NCBI GenBank assembly: GCA_964539765.1
Contig: CAZIJZ010000004.1
Coordinates: 12,413 to 76,412, forward strand
Direction: 5' to 3'
Source of the DNA: an uncultured Smithella sp.
GTDB taxonomy: Bacteria; Desulfobacterota; Syntrophia; Syntrophales; Smithellaceae
Length of the DNA stretch: 64,000 nt
In this document: positions 28,267-38,680 of the stretch, in pieces
How positions within the stretch are numbered: the first letter of the stretch is position 1
Layout of the letters: every line of letters starts with the position of its first letter
The notes under the pieces: model-generated
Databases searched by the model: none
Seen by the model: only the letters and a program-made list of their open reading frames with translations
Told to the model about the DNA's origin: nothing
Program-made: the position numbers and the translations under genes

Positions 28267-28881
28267 ATGATCAATAATCGACAAAATATCATCAACGCCA
28301 CGGATCGGCTGCTGCTAACGCATGGTCTCGCGCGACTTACCACCAGAGCAATTGCGCGCGAGGCAAAGGTTGCCGAGGGCTTAATTTATCACCACTTCAA
28401 AGACAAGGCGGAGTTGATCTTTGAAGTCGTGGAAACACGCGTGCGGGAAACGAAAAACATTATGCAAAATCTGCCGCTTGAGGTGGGCAAACACACACTC
28501 TTAAAAAATCTGGAAGATGTTTTGCTTTCGGTCTATCATGCCCACTATGAAATAACGCCTATTATTAATTCTATTTTCGCCGATCAAAAGTTACACATCC
28601 GTATTCAGGAAATCGTGAGAGAACGGAACATGGGTCCGCAATATGCCGTCGAAGGACTGGATGTTTATCTGGCTGCGGAGCAGCGACTGGGAAGGCTCTC
28701 AGATACCGTTGACACCAAAGTACTTGCTAAATGCCTGTGGATGCTCAGCACCCAGGCCGCTATGCTTGACCGATTGATGGAAATCGAATCTGACAAAACA
28801 CGTGCCAGCAGGGAAATCCGCGGGTACCTGCAAACGCTTATGAAGGGTTTTGAACCGCGTGAAAAAGTGAAGAAAAAATAA
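28267..28881 (+). CDS. TetR/AcrR-family transcriptional repressor
   Basis: N-terminal HTH LARLTTRAIAREAKVAEGLIYHHFKDKAEL. Start set at ATG 28267, because the ORF-track start 28156 is the promoter -35 TTG. Confidence 0.85.
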   Translation: MINNRQNIINATDRLLLTHGLARLTTRAIAREAKVAEGLIYHHFKDKAELIFEVVETRVRETKNIMQNLPLEVGKHTLLKNLEDVLLSVYHAHYEITPIINSIFADQKLHIRIQEIVRERNMGPQYAVEGLDVYLAAEQRLGRLSDTVDTKVLAKCLWMLSTQAAMLDRLMEIESDKTRASREIRGYLQTLMKGFEPREKVKKK

Positions 28882-28915
28882 GCAATATTTTCATGATCTA
28901 TAAAAGAGGTGCCTG

Positions 28916-30112
28916 ATGAAAAGAAACAAACACGTTGTGCCGTTGATTGCCGTAATCATTCTTCTAAGTTGTCTGATGATAAACGGTTGCGGAAAGAAAG
29001 AGAACGCTATGGCTCCGCCAAGCCCGGAAGTTGCCGTGGTGACAATTCAGTCCGGACAGGTGGCGACGACGGCCGAACTGGCCGGCCGGACGTCGGCCAA
29101 TCTCGTCGCGGAAGTACGCCCGCAGGTGGGCGGCATTATCCAGAAACGTCTGTTTACGGAAGGCGCGGAAGTCAAAGCCGGTCAACCGCTTTTTCAGATC
29201 GATCCGGCCCTTTATCAGGTTGCCCTGGATAACGCCAGGGCGGCTCTGGCCCGGTCGGAAGCGCAACTGTCCACAATGCAATTGAGGGCTTCCCGCTTCA
29301 AGGATTTGCTGGAAGAGAAAGCGGTCAGCCGGCAGGATTACGATGACGCCGCCGCCGCGCTGAAACAGGTTCAGGCCGATATTCAGTACGGCAGGGCTTC
29401 CGTTGAAACGGCCCGCATCAATCTGCAATATACAACGATTGCCGCGCCTATTTCCGGCCGCATCGGGAGATCCACTGTAACGGAAGGCGCTCTCGTCACC
29501 GCCCATCAACCTTCAGCGCTGGCCACCATACAAAAAATCGATCCCATGTACGTGGATGTGACCCAGTCCACTGCTGACATTCTCAAACTTCGCCGTCAGT
29601 TTCAGGAAGGACGGTTATCCAGAAACGGTGAAAGTCAGCAGCAGGTCCGCCTCATGCTGGATGATAATTCGGAATACCCTTTAAAAGGAAAGCTTCAATT
29701 CCAGGATGTCACCGTCGATCCAACCACCGGATCGGTCATTTTGCGCATTGTATTTCCCAATCCCAGAGGCGTATTGCTGCCGGGGATGTTTGTCCGGGCA
29801 ATTATCCAGGAAGGCGTTCATCAAAATGCCATGCTCGTTCCCCAGCAAGCCGTGTTCCGCGATCCCAAGGGAAATCCACTGACATTCATTGTGGACAAAA
29901 ATGACAAAGTCGAGCAGCGCTCTCTTACGCTCGACCGCGCCATTGGTGATGCCTGGCTGATTTCTTCCGGCATTGCTCCCGGAGAAAGGGTCATCGTCGA
30001 AGGAATGCAAAAGGTGAAACCGGGCATTAACGTCAAAGCAGTGCCTTTGGAAAAAAAGGAAAAACGCGGCGGAGAAAACAACCATGAAACGCCGCCTTCA
30101 AAAACAAACTAG
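28916..30112 (+). CDS. RND efflux periplasmic adaptor (AcrA/MexA family)
   Basis: Lipobox INGC. Conserved QIDPALYQ, coiled-coil segment, TTIAAPISGRIGRS and FPNPRGVLLPGMFVRA. Confidence 0.9.
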   Translation: MKRNKHVVPLIAVIILLSCLMINGCGKKENAMAPPSPEVAVVTIQSGQVATTAELAGRTSANLVAEVRPQVGGIIQKRLFTEGAEVKAGQPLFQIDPALYQVALDNARAALARSEAQLSTMQLRASRFKDLLEEKAVSRQDYDDAAAALKQVQADIQYGRASVETARINLQYTTIAAPISGRIGRSTVTEGALVTAHQPSALATIQKIDPMYVDVTQSTADILKLRRQFQEGRLSRNGESQQQVRLMLDDNSEYPLKGKLQFQDVTVDPTTGSVILRIVFPNPRGVLLPGMFVRAIIQEGVHQNAMLVPQQAVFRDPKGNPLTFIVDKNDKVEQRSLTLDRAIGDAWLISSGIAPGERVIVEGMQKVKPGINVKAVPLEKKEKRGGENNHETPPSKTN

Positions 30113-30124
30113 CGGGAGCAACTG

Positions 30125-33100
30125 ATGTTATCGAAATTTTTTCTTGAACGACCTGTTTTTGCGTGGGTTATCGCCATTATCATCATGGCGATCGGCGTGA
30201 TTGCAATTTATAATCTTCCGGTATCCCAGTATCCGGAGATGGCCCCGCCCTCGATTTCTATTTCCGCATCTTATCCGGGTTCTTCAGCCCAAACGGTTGA
30301 GAACAGCGTCACGCAAACTATCGAACAGAAGATGACCGGTTTGGACAATCTGATCTACATGTCTTCCTCGAGCGATTCGGCAGGCGCTTCCCGTCTGGAA
30401 TTAACCTTCGCACCGGGAACCGACGTGGATATTGCCTGGTCCAAAGTCCAGAATAAAGTTCAATCCACCCTGCCCAGTCTCCCCGATGTCGTGCAAAACA
30501 GGGGAGTCACCGTTGCCAAATCCACGCGAAATTACCTGATGGTCGTAGGTTTTGTTTCAGAAGACGGCCGGATGGACCATATCGATCTGGCCGATTATGC
30601 CGTCACCAATCTGGAATCGGTCCTGGCGCGTGTGCCCGGTGTGGGCGAAGTGGAAATATTTGGTGGCGGTTACACCATGCGTGTCTGGCTTAATCCGGAC
30701 AAACTGACGGATTATCATCTGACCGTGACGGATGTGATCACCGCACTCCGATCCTACAACGTGGAGGTATCCGCCGGTCAGTTCGGCGGGGCGCCGGCGG
30801 TGAAAGGTCAGCGGTTGAACGCCCCTATCATTGTCCAGAATATGCTTACGACGCCTGAAGAGTTTGCCAACATTCCCCTGCGCATCAATCCGGACGGGTC
30901 CATCGTGCGCATCGGCGACGTGAGCCGTACAGAACTGGGCGCCGAAATTTATGACATCAAGGGATTGGTCAACGGGAAAGAAGCGGTGGGCATCGCCATT
31001 CGTCAGGCCGCAGGCGCCAACGCCCTGGATGTGGCTGAAGCCGTGAAAGCCAAACTGGCGGAAATGAGCCGGTACTTTCCCGCCGGCATCAAAGTAACCT
31101 ACCCCATGGATACAACACCTTTTATCAAGGTATCTATCGATGAAGTGGTAAAGACCCTCTTGATAGCGATTTTCCTGGTTTTTCTGGTTATGCTGCTTTT
31201 TCTGGGCAACCTGCGGGCCACCCTTATTCCCACGATCGCGGTGCCGGTGGTGCTCCTGGGAACGTTCGCCGTTTTGTGGCTCTTCGGGTTCTCCGTCAAT
31301 ATGCTGACGATGTTTGCCATGGTTCTGGCCATCGGCCTGCTGGTTGATGATGCTATCGTCGTTGTGGAAAACGTGGAACGGATCATGAGCGAGGAAGGAC
31401 TGTCCCCAAAGGAAGCTACCGCCAAGTCCATGGATCAAATCACCAGTGCGCTGATTGGTATCGGGCTTGTATTGTCCGCCGTTTTTGGTCCCATGATTTT
31501 CTTCCCCGGCTCCACCGGCGTTATCTATCGCCAGTTCTCCGTAACCATCATTTCCGCTATGCTTCTCTCTGTGGTCGTCGCGTTGATCCTGACGCCGGTT
31601 TTATGCGCTTCCCTGCTAAAACCGGTTGCTGCAGGACACGAAGCAGCGGAACATGCCCATCCTCTCGTCCGCCCGTTTTTCCTGTGGTTTGACAAGGCAT
31701 TCTTCCGGATTCGGGACCGGTATGTCGGGGTGGTAAATCATTCCCTTTCCCGGATGAAACGCTACTTTGTCGTTTTTCTGATCATGATTGTCGTTATGGC
31801 TGTCCTTTTTCTACGCATGCCCACCGCCTACCTCCCGGACGAAGATCAGGGAATCGTGTTGGCTCAGGTCATGATGCCAACCGGCTCGACCATGGAGCAG
31901 ACTCTGGAGATTTCCAGAGGGATTGATCGCTATTTCAAGGAAAATGAAAAAGATTCCGTAGCGGACGTCATGACCCTTACCGGTGTCAGCTTTTCCGGAC
32001 GTTCACAGAACAACGGAATGGTGTTTGCAAAGCTAAAGGACTGGGATCTTCGCGACGAAGAGGAGCAAAAAGCCCCAAACATTGCGTTAAGGGCAACGAT
32101 AGCCTTTTCGCAAATCCGCAACGCGCTGATTTACGCCTTTACGCCGCCGGCGGTAGTCGAGTTGGGCATGTCCAAGGGGTTCGACTTTCAATTGCTGGAC
32201 CGGGGCGCATTGGGCCATCAGGCGCTGATGGACGCGCAAAACCAGCTCCTGGGAATTATCTCGAATGATCCGAGAGTAACTAAAGTTCGTCCCAACAGCA
32301 GGGAAGATGTGCCGGAATACCGTGTCGATGTGGACTGGAAGAAAGCCGGCACCCTGGGTATCCCAATAACGTCCATCCACACCACACTTTCGGCGGCCTT
32401 CGGCAGCGCCTATATCAATGAATTCGTTCAGGGCGGTCGGGTGAAAAGAGTATACATCCAGGCGGATGCTCCCTATCGGATGCTCCCCAAGGATCTGGAG
32501 AAAATTTATGTCCGCAACACCAAAGGAGAGATGGTTCCCTTTTCTTCTTTTGCTTCCGGCCACTGGACGTCGGGCGCTCCCCAACTGAATCGTTTCAACG
32601 GATTTCCGTCCATTAATATATGGGGGGAACCGGCGCCGGGAAGAAGTACGGGAGAAGCCATGCAGGCGATGGAAGAAGCGGTGGCCAAACTGCCTCAGGG
32701 ATTCGGTTTTGACTGGACAGGCCTTTCCTACCAGGAACAGATGTCGAGGTCCCAGGCTCCGCTGCTCTACGCTTTTTCCGTTTTCGTGATTTTCCTTTGC
32801 CTGGCCGCTCTTTACGAAAGCTGGACAATTCCCATTGCCATTCTGCTGGTTTTGCCGCTCGGGGTTATTGGCGGCATCATAGCCTCAAGTTTAAGGGGAA
32901 TGGCCAACGATGTCTATTTTCAGATCGCCTTACTCACCACTCTGGGATTGACCACCAAAAATGCGATCCTGATTGTCCAGTTCGCCAAAGGTGGCGTGGA
33001 ACAGGGAATGGGCCTTATTGAAGCCACCATCAAAGGGGTCAAGCTGCGTTTTCGTCCGATCGTCATGACCTCTCTGGCCTTTGGTTTCGGTATCCTGCCT

Positions 33101-33298
33101 CTCACCTTCACCTCCGGAGCGGGTGCCGGTGCCCAGAACGCTATTGGTACCGGTGTGCTGGGCGGAATGATTACGGCTACGATTCTGGTCCTGATTTTTG
33201 TACCTCTGTTTTATGTTCTGATCGAACAGATCTTCGGCAGAAAACAGAAGCAAAAACCGACCGAGACAGAGAACACGAATCCTTCAGAGGTTAAATGA
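30125..33298 (+). CDS. RND multidrug efflux permease (AcrB/MexB family)
   Basis: 1057 aa. MLSKFFLERPVFAWVIAIIIM N-terminus, 12 TM helices and two large periplasmic loops. AIGLLVDDAIVVVENVER motif. Confidence 0.95.
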   Translation: MLSKFFLERPVFAWVIAIIIMAIGVIAIYNLPVSQYPEMAPPSISISASYPGSSAQTVENSVTQTIEQKMTGLDNLIYMSSSSDSAGASRLELTFAPGTDVDIAWSKVQNKVQSTLPSLPDVVQNRGVTVAKSTRNYLMVVGFVSEDGRMDHIDLADYAVTNLESVLARVPGVGEVEIFGGGYTMRVWLNPDKLTDYHLTVTDVITALRSYNVEVSAGQFGGAPAVKGQRLNAPIIVQNMLTTPEEFANIPLRINPDGSIVRIGDVSRTELGAEIYDIKGLVNGKEAVGIAIRQAAGANALDVAEAVKAKLAEMSRYFPAGIKVTYPMDTTPFIKVSIDEVVKTLLIAIFLVFLVMLLFLGNLRATLIPTIAVPVVLLGTFAVLWLFGFSVNMLTMFAMVLAIGLLVDDAIVVVENVERIMSEEGLSPKEATAKSMDQITSALIGIGLVLSAVFGPMIFFPGSTGVIYRQFSVTIISAMLLSVVVALILTPVLCASLLKPVAAGHEAAEHAHPLVRPFFLWFDKAFFRIRDRYVGVVNHSLSRMKRYFVVFLIMIVVMAVLFLRMPTAYLPDEDQGIVLAQVMMPTGSTMEQTLEISRGIDRYFKENEKDSVADVMTLTGVSFSGRSQNNGMVFAKLKDWDLRDEEEQKAPNIALRATIAFSQIRNALIYAFTPPAVVELGMSKGFDFQLLDRGALGHQALMDAQNQLLGIISNDPRVTKVRPNSREDVPEYRVDVDWKKAGTLGIPITSIHTTLSAAFGSAYINEFVQGGRVKRVYIQADAPYRMLPKDLEKIYVRNTKGEMVPFSSFASGHWTSGAPQLNRFNGFPSINIWGEPAPGRSTGEAMQAMEEAVAKLPQGFGFDWTGLSYQEQMSRSQAPLLYAFSVFVIFLCLAALYESWTIPIAILLVLPLGVIGGIIASSLRGMANDVYFQIALLTTLGLTTKNAILIVQFAKGGVEQGMGLIEATIKGVKLRFRPIVMTSLAFGFGILPLTFTSGAGAGAQNAIGTGVLGGMITATILVLIFVPLFYVLIEQIFGRKQKQKPTETENTNPSEVK

Positions 33299-33299
33299 T

Positions 33300-34712
33300 A
33301 TGAATAGAAAAATAATTTATCTATTGTCTATCGTCGCCATTTTTACGGCCGGCTGTACCATGGCCCCTCAATATTCGCGTCCGGACGCGCCGGTGCCTTC
33401 CGAATGGCCGACGGGACCGGCCTATCAGGAAACAAAAGCTGATTCGATTGAAAAAACGGCTGCGAAACTGCCCTGGCGGGAATTCATTCCGGATGAAAAA
33501 TTACAAAAGGTCATTGAAACCGCTCTGCTTAACAACCGAGATCTCCGGATAGCCGCTCTCAACGTTGAAAGAGCAAGAGCTTACCACGGCATTCAACGCG
33601 CGGAGCTTCTTCCGTCCGTCCATGGGGTCGGCAGCATGTATAAAGAACGCACACCGGCTGATTTCTCATCAACCGGCAGCGCGTTCACCGCGGAACGATA
33701 TGACGTCAATCTCGGCATGGCTTCCTGGGAAATCGATTTTTTCGGTCGTATCCGCAATCTGAAAGATGCGGCGCTGGAACAATACCTGGCCACCGAAGAG
33801 GCGCGCCGCAGCGCCCAAATCATGCTTATATCATCGATCTCACAAATCTATATGGCTCTGGCTGCGGACAGGGAAGCCAGTCAGATGGTAACCTCAACGC
33901 TGAATACGCAAGAGTCCTTCTATAATCTGATTAAAAAAAGGGCTGACGCCGGAATAGCCTCGGAACTGGATCTCCGCCGGTCCCAAAGCCAGGTGGACGT
34001 CGCCCGGGGGGATGTCGCGCGTTACACACAACTGGTCGCGCAGGATGAAAACGCTCTGAATCTCCTGGCGGGTTCGTCCGTCCCCCGCGAACTTTTGCCC
34101 GTGGATTTGAAAAACGTTACACCTCCCCGGGAATTTTCTGCCGGCTTGTCATCCACAGTGCTTTTGTCAAGGCCGGACATTCTGGCGGCGGAACATCGAC
34201 TGCAAGGAGCCAATGCCAATATCGGGGCGGCCCGCGCGGCTTTTTTCCCCCGCATCACCCTGACGGCTTCCGCGGGAACGGCCAGTGATGAATTATCCGG
34301 TCTTTTCAAATCCGGATCAGGCACATGGCTTTTCTCACCCCAGATTATCGTACCGATTTTCGATGCCCGGACCTGGCACGCCTATGATGTCACCAAGATT
34401 GAAAAAGAAATTTCTATTGCAGAGTATGAAAAAGCAATTCAAACCGCTTTCCGGGAAGTGGCCGATGCTCTGGCTGAAAAGGGAACCATCCATCAGCGTA
34501 TTGCGGCTCAACAATCGCTGGTTGATGCCCTGGCCGTAACCTATCAGTTGTCTGAATCGCGATATAACAAGGGTGTGGACAGCTACCTCTCTGTTCTTGA
34601 TGCGCAGCGGTCTCTTTACGGAGCGCAGCAGGGACTGATTATGCTTCGTTTGGCGAGCATCAACAGCCTCATCAATCTTTATAAATCTCTGGGGGGAGGG
34701 AAAGATCAGTAG
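33300..34712 (+). CDS. RND efflux outer-membrane factor lipoprotein (OprM/NodT family)
   Basis: Lipobox TAGC. Two OEP repeats. Starts 1 nt after the permease stop. Confidence 0.9.
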   Translation: MNRKIIYLLSIVAIFTAGCTMAPQYSRPDAPVPSEWPTGPAYQETKADSIEKTAAKLPWREFIPDEKLQKVIETALLNNRDLRIAALNVERARAYHGIQRAELLPSVHGVGSMYKERTPADFSSTGSAFTAERYDVNLGMASWEIDFFGRIRNLKDAALEQYLATEEARRSAQIMLISSISQIYMALAADREASQMVTSTLNTQESFYNLIKKRADAGIASELDLRRSQSQVDVARGDVARYTQLVAQDENALNLLAGSSVPRELLPVDLKNVTPPREFSAGLSSTVLLSRPDILAAEHRLQGANANIGAARAAFFPRITLTASAGTASDELSGLFKSGSGTWLFSPQIIVPIFDARTWHAYDVTKIEKEISIAEYEKAIQTAFREVADALAEKGTIHQRIAAQQSLVDALAVTYQLSESRYNKGVDSYLSVLDAQRSLYGAQQGLIMLRLASINSLINLYKSLGGGKDQ

Positions 34713-34726
34713 GAAAGGATTGTCCC

Positions 34727-35776
34727 ATGAGCAAAAGACTGCTGCCGCTTGCCGTTGTGATTCTTGCGATTGTATTTGCACCGCAGATATCTTGCGCATC
34801 TGATCACAAAGCGCGCAGGGCCGATACCTTTACTTTTTACATGGAGAATGATCTCTTTGAGAACCTGGACCGCTACTACACCCACGGAACAAAATTCTCC
34901 TGGATTTCCCGGGATCTTTCAAACTACCGGGAGATCACATCCATCCCGCACTGGATGCAGGGCCTCATCGAAAAGGTTCCTCTGATCAATGATCCCCAAC
35001 AACAGCATTCGGTTTCCGTATCCTTTGGACAGAGCATCTACACACCCGAAGACAAAAAGAAAAAGAGACTGATCAGGGATGACCGCCCCTATGCCGGCGT
35101 CACTTACCTGGGATTCGGTCTGCACAGCAGAAATACAGAGCACATGGACACTTTGGAACTGGGCGTCGGCATCGTCGGACGTCATTCCTACGCGGAAGAT
35201 ATCCAGACTAAAATTCACGAATGGACGGATTCCGAAATCGCCAGGGGCTGGAAAAATCAACTCCGCGACGAACCTGTTCTGAACCTGTATTTCGAGCGGA
35301 AATGGAGAATGCTGCAATTAAAAAGTTCTTCCGGTTTTGGCCTGGACTTTATCCCTCACACCGGCCTGGCCCTGGGAAACGCTTTTACAGGCGCCAATAT
35401 TGGCGGTCAGGTGCGTTTCGGCTGGAACGTCCCGAACGATTTCGGAACGTATCTGATCCGTCCGGGCTCCGACAGCAGCGCCCCCCTGGACGATACGGAC
35501 CCGCGTTTCTTTGCGCCCCTGCACCGTTTCGGCATGCACGTTTTCTTCGCGGCCGACGGAAAAGCTGTCGCCCATAATATTCTGTTTGACGGAAACACGT
35601 TCCGCGACAGTCACAGCGTCGAAAAAGAATCTTTCGTCGCCGAATTCATCGGCGGCCTGGGCATGATCATTCACCGGGTCAAAATCACCTACTCTTACGT
35701 TCACCGCACAAAAGAATTTGAAAAACAAAAAGATGCTCAGCATTTTGGAGCACTCGCGCTTTCCTTCACCTTTTAA
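34727..35776 (+). CDS. Outer-membrane lipid A deacylase, LpxR (DUF2219) family
   Basis: Signal peptide. MENDLFENLDRYYTHGTKFSW and DDRPYAGVTYLG motifs typical of DUF2219/LpxR, with a beta-barrel-like alternating pattern ending in F. Starts 14 nt after the OMF stop. Confidence 0.65.
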   Translation: MSKRLLPLAVVILAIVFAPQISCASDHKARRADTFTFYMENDLFENLDRYYTHGTKFSWISRDLSNYREITSIPHWMQGLIEKVPLINDPQQQHSVSVSFGQSIYTPEDKKKKRLIRDDRPYAGVTYLGFGLHSRNTEHMDTLELGVGIVGRHSYAEDIQTKIHEWTDSEIARGWKNQLRDEPVLNLYFERKWRMLQLKSSSGFGLDFIPHTGLALGNAFTGANIGGQVRFGWNVPNDFGTYLIRPGSDSSAPLDDTDPRFFAPLHRFGMHVFFAADGKAVAHNILFDGNTFRDSHSVEKESFVAEFIGGLGMIIHRVKITYSYVHRTKEFEKQKDAQHFGALALSFTF

Positions 35777-35849
35777 TTTCCCGACAGCCCATTCTTCATG
35801 AATTCCCTTTCCCCATCATCAGACGCCCCAAAATCATTCCGGCGGGAAT

Positions 35850-35887
35850 AATATTGCCTTGACAGACAGGTCAGCGTTCTTTATGTT
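35850..35887 (+). promoter_or_regulatory. Promoter cassette (TTGACA 35859-35864, 17 nt, TATGTT 35882-35887) upstream of GT2 gene 35929
   Basis: AATATTGCCTTGACAGACAGGTCAGC...TATGTT. The same 26-nt block and the same -10 recur at 38493-38530. Confidence 0.6.
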
Positions 35888-35928
35888 TTATCTGTTTAAA
35901 TCCAGAGCATTTTGGAAGAATAAGTCTT

Positions 35929-36783
35929 ATGAATAAAAATGATTATAAAGTAAGCATCATCACGCCCGTCTATTGTCCCAGTCAATATTTGATTGATCTA
36001 ACGGAAAAGATGTTTCTGGAAAGCCTGGCCGGTAGTTCTATGAAAAATGATCTTGAGATCATTATCGTCGACGACGCATCGCCGAAACGGAATGAATTAA
36101 AAGCCATGGTCGAAAAAACGGCAAAAGAAAAGGGCCTGAACATAACGCTGATAAGAAACGAGATCAATCAGGGTATCGCAAAATCACAGAACCGTGGCGT
36201 TGATCAAAGTAAAGCGCCCTATCTGTTATTAACAAATAATGACATCTATGCGCCGAAAGACGCCATTTCCCGTTTGTTGAATCTGCTCCGCAGCGACAGT
36301 CAATATGGCGCCGTAGGCCCCAAACTCAGCTTTGCTTTTGGACACAGGATCCAGGAGATTGATACGGGGATCATCTTGAACGATTTTACAACCGATGAAT
36401 TCAAGAAAATCGATGCGGCAGCAGAACGTCTAGCCAAAATGCATGACGGGGACATCACACCGGTCAACAGTCTGGTCGGCTGTTTTCTGATGACGCCCCG
36501 GTCTGTCTTCGGGGAAGCCGGCGGAAGAAATGAAATTTACGGCCTGGGATATCACACCGAAAGCGAATTTCTCATCCGGGTGCGGAAGAAAGGGTTCAAA
36601 GTGGCCGTCGATCAGGGCACGCTTGTTTTTCATGGCGATGTGGGGAAAAGAGATTTTTACGGCCCCAGCATGAAATCCGTACAAAAGAAGGCGACGTACA
36701 ATCTCCTGCGCAATTACGCCTATTTTGTTTTCAGAAACGGATGGAAAGAACTTTTCTCTTTGTTGAACGACTACAAAAAGTAA
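35929..36783 (+). CDS. Glycosyltransferase family 2
   Basis: 284 aa. VSIITPVYCP...IIVDDASP...QNRGV...LLLTNNDIY is a typical GT-A/GT2 N-terminal domain. Confidence 0.85.
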   Translation: MNKNDYKVSIITPVYCPSQYLIDLTEKMFLESLAGSSMKNDLEIIIVDDASPKRNELKAMVEKTAKEKGLNITLIRNEINQGIAKSQNRGVDQSKAPYLLLTNNDIYAPKDAISRLLNLLRSDSQYGAVGPKLSFAFGHRIQEIDTGIILNDFTTDEFKKIDAAAERLAKMHDGDITPVNSLVGCFLMTPRSVFGEAGGRNEIYGLGYHTESEFLIRVRKKGFKVAVDQGTLVFHGDVGKRDFYGPSMKSVQKKATYNLLRNYAYFVFRNGWKELFSLLNDYKK

Positions 36784-36925
36784 TCCGCTGCTTCGGAATG
36801 GTTTGTTTTTCCAGATTGCGGACAAGATAATGCTCAAGTTTTTTCGAATCATTAAAAACATAGATAATTGAAAATCCTTTTGCCGCCTCAGGCATTTCGA
36901 GGGTTCCTCCCAAGATCATCAAAAT

Positions 36926-38206
36926 TTAAATATTCTGCATGCCGATTTTGCAGGCCCTGCGCCAGGATTCAAGCGCATCGGGCGAAACCGTCGAGATGTC
37001 GATATCGTCCAGCGTAATTCGATGATCGCGGGCAATAGCCTGAACAAGTTTTACCCCTTCACATAAAATAATGGGTAATCCGGTGGGCAGACCGCTGTCG
37101 CTGTTTTCGATCAATCCGTAAGAGGCGAATCCTCCCGGACCGTCAAGCAGATGGCCCGCTTCCAGCGCCTTTTTGGCATAACAGATGACCTCCGTTCTCA
37201 TGCCGAATCTCGGCGCCATTAGTGATCGATGACCACGGGCAACTTCCAGGACGGTTCTCATGGTCTCAAAATGGACCAGATGATATGGGCGAGTCAAAAC
37301 ATAAAAGGGACCCGGACCTATCTCAGATGGGAACCAGTCCAGCATGCGACGCTGGTAGGCATCGTCAGTACAGCCGACGGCAAACACGCCTCCTTTGGGT
37401 CGGGCTCCTAAAACATAATCGACCAGCGGCGCCTGACCGGGTTTCCATAGATCTGAAAGAGGAAAATGATCAAAAAGTTCCGTTGACTCATTCATTTTCG
37501 GTCCGATCATTCCCGGTTGAACAACAGAGCATCCGAGGGCATTGGCGACGATGGACATTTCTACGCAGAGTTTTGTTCCATCCGTAAACGAAGAACACAT
37601 TTTATGATCAAGAAATCGTTTATCGGCTTCTGGAATGATTTTTACGGGATCTGTGTAACGATCAAGGAAACCTTTGATGTTGCCAGCCATCACAAGTTCG
37701 AGACCGTAAAATCGCAATTCTTCCACCAAACGCGCGATAACGGCAGGTTGATCACCGTCGCTGCTCGTATAGGCAACGCCGTATTTCTGTGCCAGATGCC
37801 AGAACCAGGGACCGAAAACGGCGTCCGCTTCGGCATTCATCATGACAACGTGTTTCCCCGAACGCATGGCGAATTCTATTATTTGGGGAGCGGAATCGAT
37901 CGCTGTTGATGCGTCGAAGAAAACATCGACGCCGGGGGCGGTTGCCGCCATTTGAGCGTCCTCGCAAACGGCTATCTTCCCCGCGTTTAAAGCATCGGCA
38001 AGTTCTCCTTCGGTTGAGACGATTTTGAAGTGCCGTCGGGGATCTTCCAAAGCCATCACCTTCTCCATATCCTTGTCGCAAATGACTTTGCAATCCACGT
38101 CCCGAGTCAGTAAAGATTGATGGAAAACCCCTTTGCCAACCGAACCAACTCCCAGCAGCACAAAACTGACCGGGTCTGTGTTTTCAACTTTTATAGATTT
38201 CTTCAT
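36926..38206 (-). CDS. NAD(P)-binding oxidoreductase, homoserine-dehydrogenase-like with C-terminal SAF-like domain
   Basis: Start moved to ATG 38206 (GAGG 6 nt upstream). N-terminal Rossmann VSFVLLGVGSVGKG. The size and layout resemble COG4091-type predicted dehydrogenases. Confidence 0.6.
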   Translation of the reverse strand: MKKSIKVENTDPVSFVLLGVGSVGKGVFHQSLLTRDVDCKVICDKDMEKVMALEDPRRHFKIVSTEGELADALNAGKIAVCEDAQMAATAPGVDVFFDASTAIDSAPQIIEFAMRSGKHVVMMNAEADAVFGPWFWHLAQKYGVAYTSSDGDQPAVIARLVEELRFYGLELVMAGNIKGFLDRYTDPVKIIPEADKRFLDHKMCSSFTDGTKLCVEMSIVANALGCSVVQPGMIGPKMNESTELFDHFPLSDLWKPGQAPLVDYVLGARPKGGVFAVGCTDDAYQRRMLDWFPSEIGPGPFYVLTRPYHLVHFETMRTVLEVARGHRSLMAPRFGMRTEVICYAKKALEAGHLLDGPGGFASYGLIENSDSGLPTGLPIILCEGVKLVQAIARDHRITLDDIDISTVSPDALESWRRACKIGMQNI

Positions 38207-38492
38207 AGAAAACCTCAAAAAATAAAAAATACCTTCTTTCCCGGCGAAAACATACTTGAATTTCTGCCGGGCGTCAATGGATTCCAAACAATGATACGAC
38301 CGGATACGATGAGACTGTTTAAAATAGCTTCATCGCGGTATCCTGTTTAAAATTGAAACAGCCTATTATAATTTTTCAGTCGCAGAAAATAATTTTAACC
38401 GACGACTCCCGCAGAAACTCCTCTCACCCATTTTATGATGTGACGTTCCGATACCGATAGCCGGATTTTTATTATCTCTTAAAAATTCAATC

Positions 38493-38530
38493 AATATTGC
38501 CTTGACAGACAGGTCAGCATCGATTATGTT
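38493..38530 (+). promoter_or_regulatory. Second copy of the GT promoter cassette (TTGACA 38502-38507, 17 nt, TATGTT 38525-38530)
   Basis: AATATTGCCTTGACAGACAGGTCAGC is identical to 35850-35875. It lies about 150 nt upstream of ATG 38681. Confidence 0.6.
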
Positions 38531-38680
38531 CCCGCAGAAATTTGTTAACTTTATCAAAATGGATTTCTTACGTAATGCAGGATGAAGGCCGTTTTAAGGT
38601 AAAGATTTTTTTCATTTCACCTGATGATAACCCGGATGAAATCGAATCACCTTCTCTCCTCTTTGCAATCCATGAACTGA

